A stretch of 64,000 bases of DNA from the NCBI GenBank assembly GCA_976551045.1, contig CDPCPM010000013.1:14136001-14200000 (forward strand), given 5' to 3'. This document shows, one piece after another, positions 12,363 through 24,877 of the stretch; the first letter of the stretch is position 1; each line of letters opens with the position of its first letter. The position numbers were made by a program, and so were the translations under genes. Source of the stretch: Glaucostegus cemiculus. Its lineage: Eukaryota. Below the pieces are notes generated by a model that worked only from the letters and a program-made list of their open reading frames with translations, was not told the DNA's origin and did not search any database.

Positions 12363-12408
12363 TGTCCTGCCTCCTTCACTTACTGTATGTGCTTTTTTTC
12401 AGGTGAGT
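12363..12408 (+). promoter_or_regulatory. Overlapping 3' and 5' splice-site motif (candidate recursive splice site)
   Basis: Branch-like CTTAC at 12379-12383, pyrimidine tract, TTTTTTTCAG|GTGAGT with AG at 12401-12402. Confidence 0.35.
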
Positions 12409-12543
12409 TTGGTCTAAACTTTGTAAACTTTGTCATTTAAATTTTATTTGCTTCAGAATCACATAAGAATGAATGAGCACTCAGATGGGGACTTGGGCAA
12501 AAACAATTTCCAGGGCTTTAGAAAAAAAGCAGGAGAATGGGAC

Positions 12544-12959
12544 AAACAAACAAGATGCTGGAGGAACAGCAGGCCATGCAGCATCTATGGAGGGAAATGG
12601 ACAGTTGACATTGCTAGTTTTAAGGGGTGAAAGGAAGGGGTGGTGCAAGAGCTAGCAATCAGTAGGTGGATCTAAGTGAGGAATGATGCTAGGCAGATGG
12701 AGAAGTGTGGAAATAGGACAGAGACTGGCAGGTGATAGGTGGAGGCAACAAGGGGCTGCAGCTGATGGAATCTGTTAGGACAGGAAGGTGGAGCAATGAA
12801 TCAAATAAGGGAGGTGGGTGGACAGATGGGAACAATAGGGGGAGGGGATCCAATAGGAGGAGTGTGTGGGTGATGGGTAGGTGAAGTGTGTGGAGGAGGA
12901 GAATCATACAAGGTGATGGGGAGCTGGGGTGGGGGTGGGGGTGGGAGGAACTAGGTCTC
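12544..12959 (-). mobile_element. Penelope-like element fragment inserted into a CR1 3' tail
   Basis: acaagatgctggaggaacagcaggcc..gcagcatctatggagg followed by a purine/G-rich PLE body; flanked by near-duplicate caggagaatgggac (12530-12543) and caggagaacaggac (12960-12973); CR1 tail resumes to ~13060 (ccatgattctgtgattct). Confidence 0.7.
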
Positions 12960-15900
12960 CAGGAGAACAGGACTGAATGGATTGCTCTACAAAGGGTTGA
13001 TATTGATTAGATGTGCTGAATGACCTTCTCTGTGCAGTAAAAATTCCATGATTCTGTGATTCTTAAATAATAGCTTTAAAATGAGCATGGATCTCTCAGT
13101 GGTCACCTGTTGCCTCCTGGTTCCCAGCTCATGGAGCTTTCATTCACATGTTATCCTGGATAGTGAGGCTGTAGATTGTAGCAGGTGTGGACAGAACTGA
13201 CGTTAATGTTTCAGGTGCCGATACACACATCCTCACATAGACACATTAACACACATCCATACACAGAAACAATGGTCTGCAAAGTGTTTTGACGGAAAAC
13301 AGTAGATGTAAATATAGCCAAAGTAATGTTTGACAAGAAAAAGAATAATAAAAGGTACTTGGCAATTACCGTATGCCCTCAGTCATCCCACATCCATTAG
13401 AACTGGCCGGGGGGGGAAGGGGTTGGAAGAGGGGTTGCATGTATATGCTAGTTACATGAGAATTGTTCCAAAAAAATCTGCTGTACATCACACACTTGCA
13501 TTCCATGCATGAACCTTTAAAAAAAATGAACTATATGTAATCTCCTTACTATTTTAAATAACAATATTTTACACTTTATATTTTAAGGCTAAACAGTATT
13601 AATGTAAAATACAGCAAAAATAAATGAATGAAGGTACCCACATAAAATGCCAAATCTCCAGAGAGGATGTTGCTGGTAATCAGCCTACAACTGCATTGTC
13701 CTTATATATGAATGTAAATAAACTTAAAATATCTTTTCACACATTTTTCATATCCCTTCAAATAAAATTCAGTGTTTGAGCTTAATTTTCATCAAAACAA
13801 ACTTTGGCCAGTTGCAGGACAATCGTGGATACATGAATACCGGATAAACGAGAGTTTATTGTGGAGAAGAAAGGCGAAGAATAAGAAAAGTGAAGTGGGA
13901 ACAGGAAAAGATGACAAAGTGCAGCAAAGAACCTAAAGAATAAAAGTGAAGGTGGACACCAGACAGACAAGGCGGACTGTCCACCATCACTGTGCTCCAA
14001 TGAAAGATCCTCACTCCAAATGCCGGGCTTTTCCTCTGCCTACTTTTGAAGTCCCCACATTCATGTTGCATTGCTAGTATGTCCTGGTGAAAAGAAAGTG
14101 GAAAATGTGAAGCAACAGAAGTCAATATAAAGAAGAAGATTGCATTTTTCAATCTCCTTCAAAATCAAAACAAAAAGGGCAGTTTCAGTCTTTACTGTGA
14201 ATGGAAAGCAAAAGCTGTTCTAAAGCAAAGAAAGCCACAGTTTGCATTGATTAAAGATGAAATGAAATACAAAATTCTATTCTAGTTCACATTGTTTGTG
14301 GTAATGTTGTAGACATGGGACTGGTGGAGAATGCTCACCTGTGTCCTGCTGACTGCCATACGCAGTGGGACACAAGTTAGCCAATTGTTTTCAGTTACTG
14401 TTCTGTGAAAAGGAAATCGCTTTTTCAGATGAGGTGAATTGTGCATCTGAATGAGAATTCAGACTGCATTGTACAGAGGGCACTGCATGCTGGGGCAGGA
14501 CTGAGATTCCAGCAGTTAATTCAGAATAATGAATGGAAGTAGACAATCTGTTGAATAGTAAAAGTATTGCACTCTGTGCTGATGCAAGCTTTTTGATTCA
14601 CTTTTTAAATTTGTGAAGAGGCACCCATTGGCCATATGGAGGTCAGACCAATATTTTATTGCTGTTGAAAATTTGAAATTTGTTTAGTTAACTAATAGTT
14701 AAATTATAACACAAAAAATCAACATGGATTATTGACATTTTATTCATTCCAACATAGAAATTCGCAGCATTTCTTAAAGCTGATGATATATCATTGCAAC
14801 TTGTTAAATAATTATTTAATGCACTTATTTGTTTAGAGATGTCTTGCTTTTTAGAAATGAATATATTAAATTGGGCCTCCAAGAAGATGTAGTTTTCTGT
14901 TCATGAGAGTAAGGTAATGCATAACCAATGACAGAGAGAAGAATCAATGGCATTTCCAGAATTATGTAAGAATTTAAAGAAAATCCGTTGGGCCAAACAA
15001 AGCTTCCAGTCATATTCAGTTGCAAGCAAAGTAACTGGCAAGAACTTAGAGCTGGCATAATCAGCAAAGGCAGCCCATTAAATTGCCAAAATGTGCAACT
15101 CTTACAGAGCATTGAACAGCATAATTTGATGGGCTCTTGGACATAGCAGTGCTTTGATCTTTGATGTAGTGAGTACAAGCACCCCTTTCAAAGTAGTGCT
15201 TTTCCAGTCTAGACTAATTAACTGTTTATAGTCCTTCTGTGTCTCGGTCCTCATCTCCTCATTCTGCCATGCGTTGCTGATTCTTTCAGCAATTCTTATA
15301 TTCATGAACAGCAACAACAGAACTAGGACACCTGGATGTTTGTTTGATTTGTTTGCATTTTGCTGAGATTTGGATGATAGTGCATTTTAAATAAATACAG
15401 CTTTGACTTCCAGCATACTTTTGTGTTCCTAGACTGACTCTTGACCCATTTGGGTTAAGACAGAGGTAGAATTATTATAAATTTTGACTACACTTCTTGT
15501 CTTTTTGAATTAAATTTAAGTAATAGGTTTAGAACAGCAATCCATATGTAACCAGTGGCTTCTGGGAAGGATTTATTTGAAGACTATAATCCCAAACCTC
15601 AAAATATTTATTGCTTCTTTTCAATTGAAAGAAGAGTGGGAACTGAAACCAATAGCATTTTATTCATTTTTTGTTCTAATCTTCCCATATCTCTCCAATG
15701 GTCCTCTATCTATTGATACGAAGATGATGATATATTTGATTCTGCTATCCTACCTGTGCTAATCGTTGGTTTGCTAGTCAGTTTTCATTCTCTTCTCTTC
15801 AAATCTTCAAAAGAAGTGTTAACACTTCTTGCTTTTATGCAGGTCATTGGGAAGTGCTCACCCTGCTGTAGTCCCTCAAAGTTGTCAGTTTTTGTGTGTG

Positions 15901-18524
15901 AACTTCCACACTGTCTCGGCAGCCTTTCCCAGCTCAAACACTAGTGGTGCTTGTTGCAGATGAACTTCAGTCAGTTAACTGCAATGTCCATTTATCCAGT
16001 GCACTCTTTCTCTCCCCAAAACTGCTAATGGCTTTGACTTCCCACTGTTCTCTCCTCTGCCCTTTTCTCACTCTGTCCAGTTGAGGGGCTCCACTTCCTT
16101 ACTGTGCTCTGATAAATCAGACCTTGTAGTGAAATTACTCAGCCTTTACCCTTCATTCCAATATCATTTTCATGAACTTGATTGATCAGTTGCCATATAA
16201 TGCAGACAAATATTAAATCCAAAATAATGAATAATAATAAAAGATTGCATAAATTTGAGAAATAATTTAGTTTTCTTTGTTCATTCATCTCAACTAGGTA
16301 AGCTTGCATCACTATAATTCCAGAAGCAGAACTTCAATATCCAAGAGTCCTTGGAGCTCTTGTGTGATTCATATTACACACAGAGTGATGCATAGGCCAT
16401 ATCTGATTCTACAGTAGAGATGGGAACAGTGCTTCTCTGAATCCAGTGTGCATTTGGAGATGCTAATGCATAATGCAGAGCAAAATGATTTGTTTCTTTT
16501 TTAGTTTCTCTTAGGAGTTAGTCCACTGAAATTTATAGGTGATTTCTTTTTTCTTCTTACTTTGGTTTGGCATGCATGGAAATGGCCAACACAGAAATGT
16601 AATTGACCAAAACATCCTTGCCTTTTGCTGTCAGTGCAGAAAAGATTATCAGATGAGGTACTCTTCGCAGGTCAGTACATTCCTGCCATCCTCATCAGCT
16701 GCTGCAGTGCAGAGGTCAGAAATGCACTGGGATCAGGTGCTGGTGAATCCACCCTCCTCTCTGTTGCTGGACTCAGCATTGAACCAAGAGTGGAACTCAG
16801 TCTTGTTGAGCTGAGATGCTGAAAACTTTTTGCATTTGTCCCATCAGCTTTATGTAGTGCAACCTTGAATATTTGAGTGGGGTCACCAATCTGTGTGGAA
16901 AAGGTTAACTATTTGTCTTTCTTATTTTAATTAAAATTAATATAATTACATTTATAATAGCTAACTGTTTTAAATAAATCTATTACTTTTAATTTAGGGG
17001 AAGTTACTTTTATGCCAATTGTCTTTAAATGCCATTGATCAGAGACATTTAGAAATGGTTGAAGAGGCTTTTGACCACAGCAAGCTATCAAAAAGATCAT
17101 CAAGGTACCTCAGGATCCACCTCCTGAAGCCAAGTCGCTTCCTGCAGGCCAGTCAGTGTGGAGACTGTGCTCTTAATGAGTTCACTGCATTGAGCCAATT
17201 AATGGCCAGAGATTCTTATAACTGGTTGCTGTTGCTAACCAGCATGGTTCTGAATCTTGACATAATGTCAGTGTGGTTCATTAAAACATGACATATTTGT
17301 TAATAATTGCTGTAGGGAGTGACTACCTACTCGGCAAGGTTAAGGAAGTTTGATGTGGAATACTTGCAGGGGCTTTTTAAAAAGTAACCTTTTTGGCCAG
17401 ATTTTTAAGGAGAATGTGCTGGCTCCAGGTGGAATGTGTCCCTCATACCAGTTTGTTGGGTTTATATAAGTGTGTCAGCATTGTTTCCTGAAGTGCTGTA
17501 CAGTAAGCCGAGGTTGCAGTTAATGTTTTCTAGCCCATCTCAGCCTGCAGAGTATCACAATTATGGCGCCAGGCAGTAAAGCGTGTTTCCTGTGTCTCAG
17601 ACTGACAGTGGAAAACGACTTGTTAATGAAAAACATTTATCATCACAGCATCAAAAGAAGAGGCATCTAATATTTTAAAAACAACATGGAGCAGGGAAGA
17701 TGTGGCTCATATTACACACTACTGGAGGTGTTCTTAACCCTTTGAAGATAATTAGAGCTTTATTTATTTTGAAAACCAAATTAACACACAATCCCTTGCT
17801 ATTCAGCTTAACTCGGGAGTGGCGGGAAATAAACACATAATATATACGAGTATAAAGTCACAGGAATGTGATAAAAATGTTTCCTCCTCCCCACGATACT
17901 ACTACTAAGATTAAATGTAATACCGCTTGTGTTATGTTGATTCAGATCAGCATGTTTAAAGTGGATTGTTATCAAATCTTTGATTTTTCCTGGTCTTGCA
18001 ATCATTTCTCTGTGAACAGTGTTCAAATTCATTGAGTCATCAGAAGTAGTCCATTAAAATTTTTAAATGAGTTTTTTTTGTAGGAGTAGAAATGAATCTG
18101 CGTGCTCACAGCCCAGATTTAAAAAAAATCATTCTGGGGATGCACTGTATATAAAAAAAAACATAGATTTAGTTGTTACATCTGAATAAATCCACCTGCT
18201 GAAAGAATATGGTTAAAAGGTGCAAAGGTGAATATTAAAATATGTACTGGTATACTGTACATGGTGGGGAAAAAAGCAACAAACGGAGAATGTTTTCACT
18301 TCCACTATATAACTACCATCCGAACGTGTAATCTGGGCTACATGGCAGGTGAGAGCTGTGTCTTAGATCTCAAACCTTTGACGCTAAGGTTAATCTATGG
18401 TTCCATGAACATCCTCTCGTGTGTCTGTGCACGACATTGAAGTATCATCTGATGAGATCACTCTATGCTTGGATTATGATGTTTTGGTGTTGTTATATCT
18501 CACCTTAAACTTATAACAACACTG

Positions 18525-18885
18525 AAGGCCACTCAGCCCATTGTGTCTATGCTAGCTCCCAGAGTAGCAATCCAAATGGTTCTTTTCCCCCTCTGCTTTT
18601 CTTTTACCCCTGAACATTCTCTCTGAAATACTGACTGTGAACTTCCTGCTGCAGATGCTGCCTGACCTGCTGAGTTTCTCCAGCATTTGTGTGTTGCCCA
18701 TTAACTCCCCTCTAATTTATTTTGCCTTCAATTTAAACTAAAGGGTAATTTGTGGTAACCTACCAGCACATCATTGGTATGTGGGAGGACACTGCAGAAC
18801 CCAAGGGACACCCAGGCAGTCATGGAGAGTACTTACAAACACTGTACAAACAGCCTCTGGTTCCCTGGAGATGTGAGGCAACATT
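18525..18885 (-). mobile_element. Decayed V-SINE with CR1-type tail, containing a PLE tail piece at ~18645-18700
   Basis: atgtgggaggacactgcagaacccaagggacacccaggcagtc (V-domain, reverse); cagatgctgcctgacctgctgagtttctccagc (PLE). Confidence 0.6.
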
Positions 18886-19064
18886 TATTTAATTTAACTT
18901 GATATTGCTTTTGTTGATTATTACTGTTCATTGGTTGGACATGTTGACTGTGAAATCTACAAAGTAGACCTCTTGAACATTATGTGGTATTATATTGTCC
19001 ATTGTGCTTTCAAATAGTCAAACCTTTATATTTGCCCCTACTAAGTTTCTTCAGCTGTTGCTCT

Positions 19065-19469
19065 TGTCATGATTGAGTACTGGCCCTTGATTTGGTTCCT
19101 TAGATGCCTTGTTGTACAGCACATGGATTCCATGCTGGACTGATTGCATAATGACACACACCTGAGCCCCATCAAGGGCCTAGCATAGTACCTGGGTTTC
19201 TCTTGCACTAGTTGTTAGAGCATTGGTCAACCTTGAAGATTCAGTTTGGTTCCTAGCTGCTTAGAGAGGTCTACGCCAGAGCAGTCCTGTGTTCTCTAGT
19301 CCTGCTTGAAGATTCAGTTTGTGTTGGGATTACTACTCAGATCTCTGAGGCAAGATTCCTTCCAGTGTTGCCTGTGTCCGGTCCTGAGGAAGTATCCTGA
19401 CTCCAGTCCTGTACCAGTGTGCTGCATTTGGGTTCTCTGTGATCTTGCTCTTCAATCAACATTGTGACA
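19065..19469 (+). mobile_element. Solo LTR (Gypsy-type), 405 bp
   Basis: Starts TGTCATGAT, ends ATTGTGACA (a CpG-decayed TGTCACGAT inverted repeat); 5-bp TSD GCTCT at 19060-19064 and 19470-19474; ctgcatttgggttc near the 3' end, typical of fish Gypsy LTRs. Confidence 0.85.
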
Positions 19470-19489
19470 GCTCTGCCCAATTACTTGGC

Positions 19490-19775
19490 TCAATGTTCTT
19501 GGGTGGATGTAAAAAGTACCTTAGTGCAGCTACAAAGAAGAGCAAGGGATTATCTCTGGTAACCTGGATAATAATGATTGCTCAGTAAACATCACTGGAA
19601 CAGATTATTTGGCCATCATCACATAGTTCTTTGTGGAAGCTTATTCTGTTCAAGTTAACTGTTATGTTTTCTATGTTACAACAATGACCACTTCAGTAAT
19701 TCTGCATTAGTTGTAAGGTAGTTTGGGAGTCCTAAGATCATGAAAGGGGCCACATTAATGGAAGCCTTTATTTTC
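19490..19775 (+). mobile_element. DeuSINE (SacSINE1-like)
   Basis: gggtggatgtaaaa...gaagagcaaggga...aacatcactggaacagattatttggccatcatcacat...ttacaacaatgac: Deu-domain and tail. Confidence 0.75.
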
Positions 19776-20084
19776 TCTACCAATTCCTCTGCCCCATTTC
19801 ATAAATGTGCAGATCTGATCGTATCACATTGCTAATCTGTCTGAGTCATTGGTATAAATTAGAAACAGCAGTAATTTCAAGTCTAGCCATTTAAAAATGT
19901 CACCTTTGCTCACTTTCCCTGCTCTGATGCAACTCCTCTCATTTCCTTATTTAAGTCAGTTTAATACCTAATGATGTAATTTTATTCTCTATCTGCACAG
20001 TTCTGAACTTTGTCAAGTGCTTCCTTGGGAAGGTTAACTTGCAAAATGTTGTAGCGTGTACCTCAGATGACTTGCAGCATTTGT

Positions 20085-20370
20085 TGAATAAATACTCAAG
20101 CAAGCTCTTGTTTTGAACCCCATGTCCCCTGTTTATTCAGGATATTGTGGAGGTAATGTTTGCTTCCAATGTTAGCAATTCTGATATCTACCACCAGGGT
20201 GTAAAAAGACTGACAGATTTGTTGTATGGTGTTTCTGATTTGTTGCTGGTTTTGGAAAAAGCTACCACACTTACCTGTTTTGAATCTTCTGAATCTCTCT
20301 GGTCTCCATTGACTTGCCCATAATGATTGCCAGTGCCTCAAAGTTCACTTCTCCACCCACTATCCTGTTG
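20085..20370 (-). mobile_element. Highly decayed CR1 RT fragment
   Basis: Reverse frame gives EALAIIMGKSMETREI, matching the CR1 EALAIIF..S..TG.VP motif, followed by remnants of the PVSLTSVV and QHGF..GRSC regions. Confidence 0.45.
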
Positions 20371-21929
20371 AGGAACTATCTAACTCTCTGGGCTTGCAGA
20401 TATGCAGTGGCCCATAAGGTGAGCTATTGGAGATGTATTGTGCTGGTGCAACCAACCCAACCTGCTTTCAGGGGAGCACAAAAGAACATTAGTGGGGAAA
20501 AGGTCAGCTGGAGTCTTCTCATTGCTCAGTTAGAAGATGGTTGTGAAAGTCCTACTCTAGGAGTTTGAAAAATTAATCTGGATAATCTTTCAGTGTAGTG
20601 CACTTTCCTTTATCCTAAAATTGTTCTAATCTTTTGATTTGTGGATGTGAAAAATATGCCCCTCTTGTCTTTCCTTTTCCTTCGGAACAGCCCAGCCTTT
20701 CTTCTTTCAGATACTAATAACCTACAGACTTCCCAGGTGGTGGGTGAACATGGGTAATGATTCTACCAACCTTGCTCAGGATGTCAGTGCCGATAATCTC
20801 ACCACAGCTTGTCCACCAGATACCCTGCTCTGGTCAGCCCAAGCCACTACTATAGATGACCCTTCATGGGTGCAAGGCTGTGCAGTGTGTAGTAGACCAC
20901 CAACAGTCTTGCAATCATCTTGGCTAAATTCTGCAGATTACTCCAGAGCAGAACTGTTGTTTGCTCTTGGTCAGTTCTCTTGGGTTGTGGGTAGTAGGAT
21001 GGCAGTTGTTGGCACATGTTATCCTCCTGTACATGGAATGTGCTTTGGAGTCAAAAGCCTGTGATAAGAGAATATTTTTTGTGTCCAAAAGTTATCCTTT
21101 GATTTATGATGGTGGCTTGTGCATGGATGATGCAGTGAACAGGCTCACAATGAATGCCAAATGACTGTGATCATTGTGATGTGCCATATCTGTTACACAT
21201 TATTTGTACATACAGAGGAATGGAATTATCTTATTAATTAACTACTGTGAATTCATTAGCTTCCTGCTATACCTCTTCTGTTAACAAAACCAGCACTTGA
21301 AGAGTTAATGTTGCTGAACAAACCAGTGCAAGGCAGCAGTCTAATTATTAACAAATCTTTGAAAGTGAAGCCTATTAGTGACGTAAGGTAGGGAAAATTA
21401 CTGGCACATGGTTCGATCTTTGATCATGCTGATAGGTAGTGGTGAAATGTTATCCACCCTGACAAGTATCTTTTGAAGGCATTCTCATTAATAATTAATA
21501 ACTGTAGTGTATCTTTGGATTTGGAGTAAAAATTTGCTTAGAGTTTAGTCCTTCCTGGATTGGGTGAATGATATTTGATCAAATATCATGGATAGTGTGT
21601 GTCTGCTTTTTCAGTGAAAGTTGGTGTTACAAATTTATCAGTTCACCTGAAGCTTCCTAATTGCATCATCCAAGATCTAGGAATTATCAATTTTGTAAGT
21701 GTTCTTGGTTTGTAGGGGGTTAATTTGTTTGTTGAGGGTGTGGTCATTTGTGATATCTTCCTGGACATTCTGCTGCCTTTTTCACCTGTCTATGCTTGAG
21801 GCATTTTCTTATCACCACAGTAATTGTAGACTGTCATTGTTGAAGGCTCATTATTAGTATTTTAGCAAAGAGAGAATTTGAGACCTAGTTCAAAACTTTG
21901 CGAGAATCAGTGAAGCTGAATGGTGTGGT

Positions 21930-22260
21930 AGTCAAGGTGTCTTCAGTTGCTGCTTCTATTCTTGTACTTCCAACACTACAGTACCCAGGAGTTCGCCCTT
22001 GGTTCCCTACTCTTCATTATTAACATGTTAGCCCTCTTCACCTGCAGGCTTTCATTTATATATTTTCTCATTTGTATTTATACATTTCCAGCTTTCTGTT
22101 ATCCACAGTGATCCAGTTGTTGAACTCCTGGATGAGCACTCATTTCTAGCACTTCATCATTAACAAAACTTAAACCAGCTGATTCATCCCCTACTAAATC
22201 TCCATAACTCCATCTCAGACTCACTCATCCTAAGTGACTCATTTTGGGCCATTGGCAAGT
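21930..22260 (+). mobile_element. L2 LINE RT fragment, decayed
   Basis: gtacccaggagttcgcccttggttccctactcttcattattaacatgttagccctc resembles VPQGS.LGPLLF.IYMLPL. Confidence 0.5.
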
Positions 22261-23274
22261 GTAAGACTGATGAACTCAAATCATGCAAAGTGCAGAATTA
22301 GATGTACACTGCAGCTGGGACAGAACTAGATTTTTACAGAGTTGTAATGTAATTTCCTGGCTTTTCTACTTTATACCTCCTGTTATAGTTCTGTATTATA
22401 TAACCTAAGAACTTCATGTGGTTTATTTAGCAATTGTAATCCTTTGGAGTTCTCTTATTCATTTTGTTAACAGCTTTCCAGCCGTCAAAAATATTCTAAT
22501 ACCCATCCCATTGGTTGTCTGCCCAAGCAACTGGTTTGATACAGTGCAGAGAGTTCGTTATATGATGAAAACAATGTGAATGACATTGTTTAAAGAACCC
22601 TACCCATTGTTAGACTTGGATGGGCCACGGTTAAAAACAACAAAGATACTTCTGAATGTTTCATTTTTCAGCAGATTTTAAATATTTGAAGGAACAAAAG
22701 TAAAAGTGTGTCCTACAGTCAGTTTAAAATCAAGGAATTGTAAACAGTGATTGTGAACTTTATAATTTTGACAGAGAAGATGATTTTTGTGAATTGCATG
22801 TAATAAAATGCACAGCATGTTGGGGCACAGTGATTCAATGCACAATGATTGGGGCACACATTCAGAACCTATTGCAGCATGGAATGGCATAATGCTTTAG
22901 TTTACCGTAACATGAATTTTAGAGCCCAACCAAGACATTGAGGGGTTGCTTTGAAGGTAAAAGGGGCATCTTATAAATCATGAAGTTCTAAACAAAGTGT
23001 CATTTATCCTATGAACTCTTCTCCCTTGATTGCTGGTCATTTCACCCAGGAGTTACCAATAAATATTTGAGCAAGTCACCCTGACTGTGTCTAGCTGACG
23101 GTCATAGCATGAGACAAGGCAATGCCGCTGAAGACAGATTTAACATCCTATTTTTGAATCATTCATTCATTTTCAAACTTGAATATGGTAGATAGTAATT
23201 TGCTGTTTACATTTGATTTACAATGTAATTTGCTTGAAAATCATGACTTGGATGTTTTGCTTAATTGCAAGGAA

Positions 23275-23630
23275 GATCCAGTTCTCTCATTTCCTCCAGG
23301 CTCCTAAACCCAATGTGCTTATGTCTTGCACAGAGTGTGACTTTACTGTGCTACTTTGCTAAAAACAAAGTTATATATCCCATCACAATATTGTCCACTA
23401 CTATATATTCCTGTCAGCAACTGCAAAGAAGCACTCCTCCTTGCACTACAATGGACTTTTTTCTGTTCTAATTGTATTCTTTCTTGTAAATATGTATCAT
23501 TTGTGTTTAATTTATGTTTTTCTTGTGAATGCTGTGTATCTGATGCCTGTGATGCTACTGCAAGTAAGTTTTTCATTGCAGCAGTGCATACATCTACTTG
23601 TGCATATGACAATAAATTTGACTTTGACCT
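23275..23630 (+). mobile_element. Rex1/Babar LINE 3' end
   Basis: gatgctactgcaagtaagtttttcattgca...gtgcatatgacaataaatttgactttgac tail. Confidence 0.6.
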
Positions 23631-24466
23631 TTGCAGCATGGTTCTGTCTATGAGTTATGACCTGAGGAGTTAGAGACAGTAGTATGAGTTCTTAGGGCTG
23701 AATGGGCTGGCACCTTTAACAGAACGTTCACTTTCCTTTTCGAATGGATGATATGAATAAAATGTTTCTTGGGTAATTTGTTTGCTAAATATTAGGATTA
23801 AAGGGAAAAGTACAAGAGTGATAAAGCTCAGGTGTTTTCAGTGTTTCCTGTGTAGCTTGCTTTCTCTCCCTCCTTGTTCTAGCTTCTGAAATTAGTTCTG
23901 CAGTCATTTTCATAAGTGGAGAAGCCAGTCTTTGCACATCATAGCAATGGACTCAGAATTAATAAGCAAGATCTGGGAAGAAGTAGATTGTCCTCCCCAT
24001 TGACTGAAGGATAGCAGCTACATGAAGTGTGCAATTAGAGGAAACAAATAACTTACGGTGGGCAAGGAGAAATCTAAAGCAAGAGCATTAAAAGTATATA
24101 AAAAATGTTTATCAATGTGCAGCATTCTCTAAGTGAATACATCTGTAATACTGATATTTTAGACTGTTGTCTTAGTCTAGAAGTACTGTTTCAGTGTTAT
24201 GAAGTTGTATTTGAACTGGCACTGGAAATGAAGATCAACTGACGATAATGCTTTCAATGATTAGAAAGGCTCTGGGCGTCTATAATACCCTAATGTTGTT
24301 TCTCCTTTGTATATTTTTATCTTCTCAGTTTCTCAATTTGACTGCTTGATCTGCAAAGTGTTAAGTTGTGAAAATTATCCAGGTGTGTTTAATGGTGAAA
24401 TCTATATTCAAGACCTTAGCCTTTAAAACAATTAGGGTTGGCCGGCAAATGTTAAAATAAATTAAA

Positions 24467-24703
24467 TTTTATTTATAGCATGGTAACAGGCCCTTTCGGC
24501 TCAACAAGTCCGCGCCGCCCATTTTAAACCCCCAAATTAACCTACCCGTACGTCTTTTAGAATGTGGGAGGAAACCGGAGCACCTGGAGGAAACCCACGC
24601 AGACACAGGAGAACGTACAAACTCCTTACAGTCAGCAATGGGAATCAAACCCCAATTGCTGGTGCTGTAACAGCATCGTGCTAACTGCTATACTATCATG
24701 CCT
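24467..24703 (-). mobile_element. HE1-like V-SINE
   Basis: Near-identical to 6345-6597 (aatgtgggaggaaaccggagcacc.g..gaaacccacgcagacac.ggagaacgtacaaactccttacagtcagc). Confidence 0.9.
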
Positions 24704-24877
24704 GTATACTCTGAATATTGGGCGAAATACCTGTTCCACTGAGGTATGCGAAAGTTTAGTTTGGTAAATCTTTACTGTCATTGCTTTAATTCTGGGGGAA
24801 TAAAATAATCAGTCCATTTTCATCCAGTATGAATGAAAAGAGAATACAAGGGCTGTGAAAACTAAAACTAACCACAA

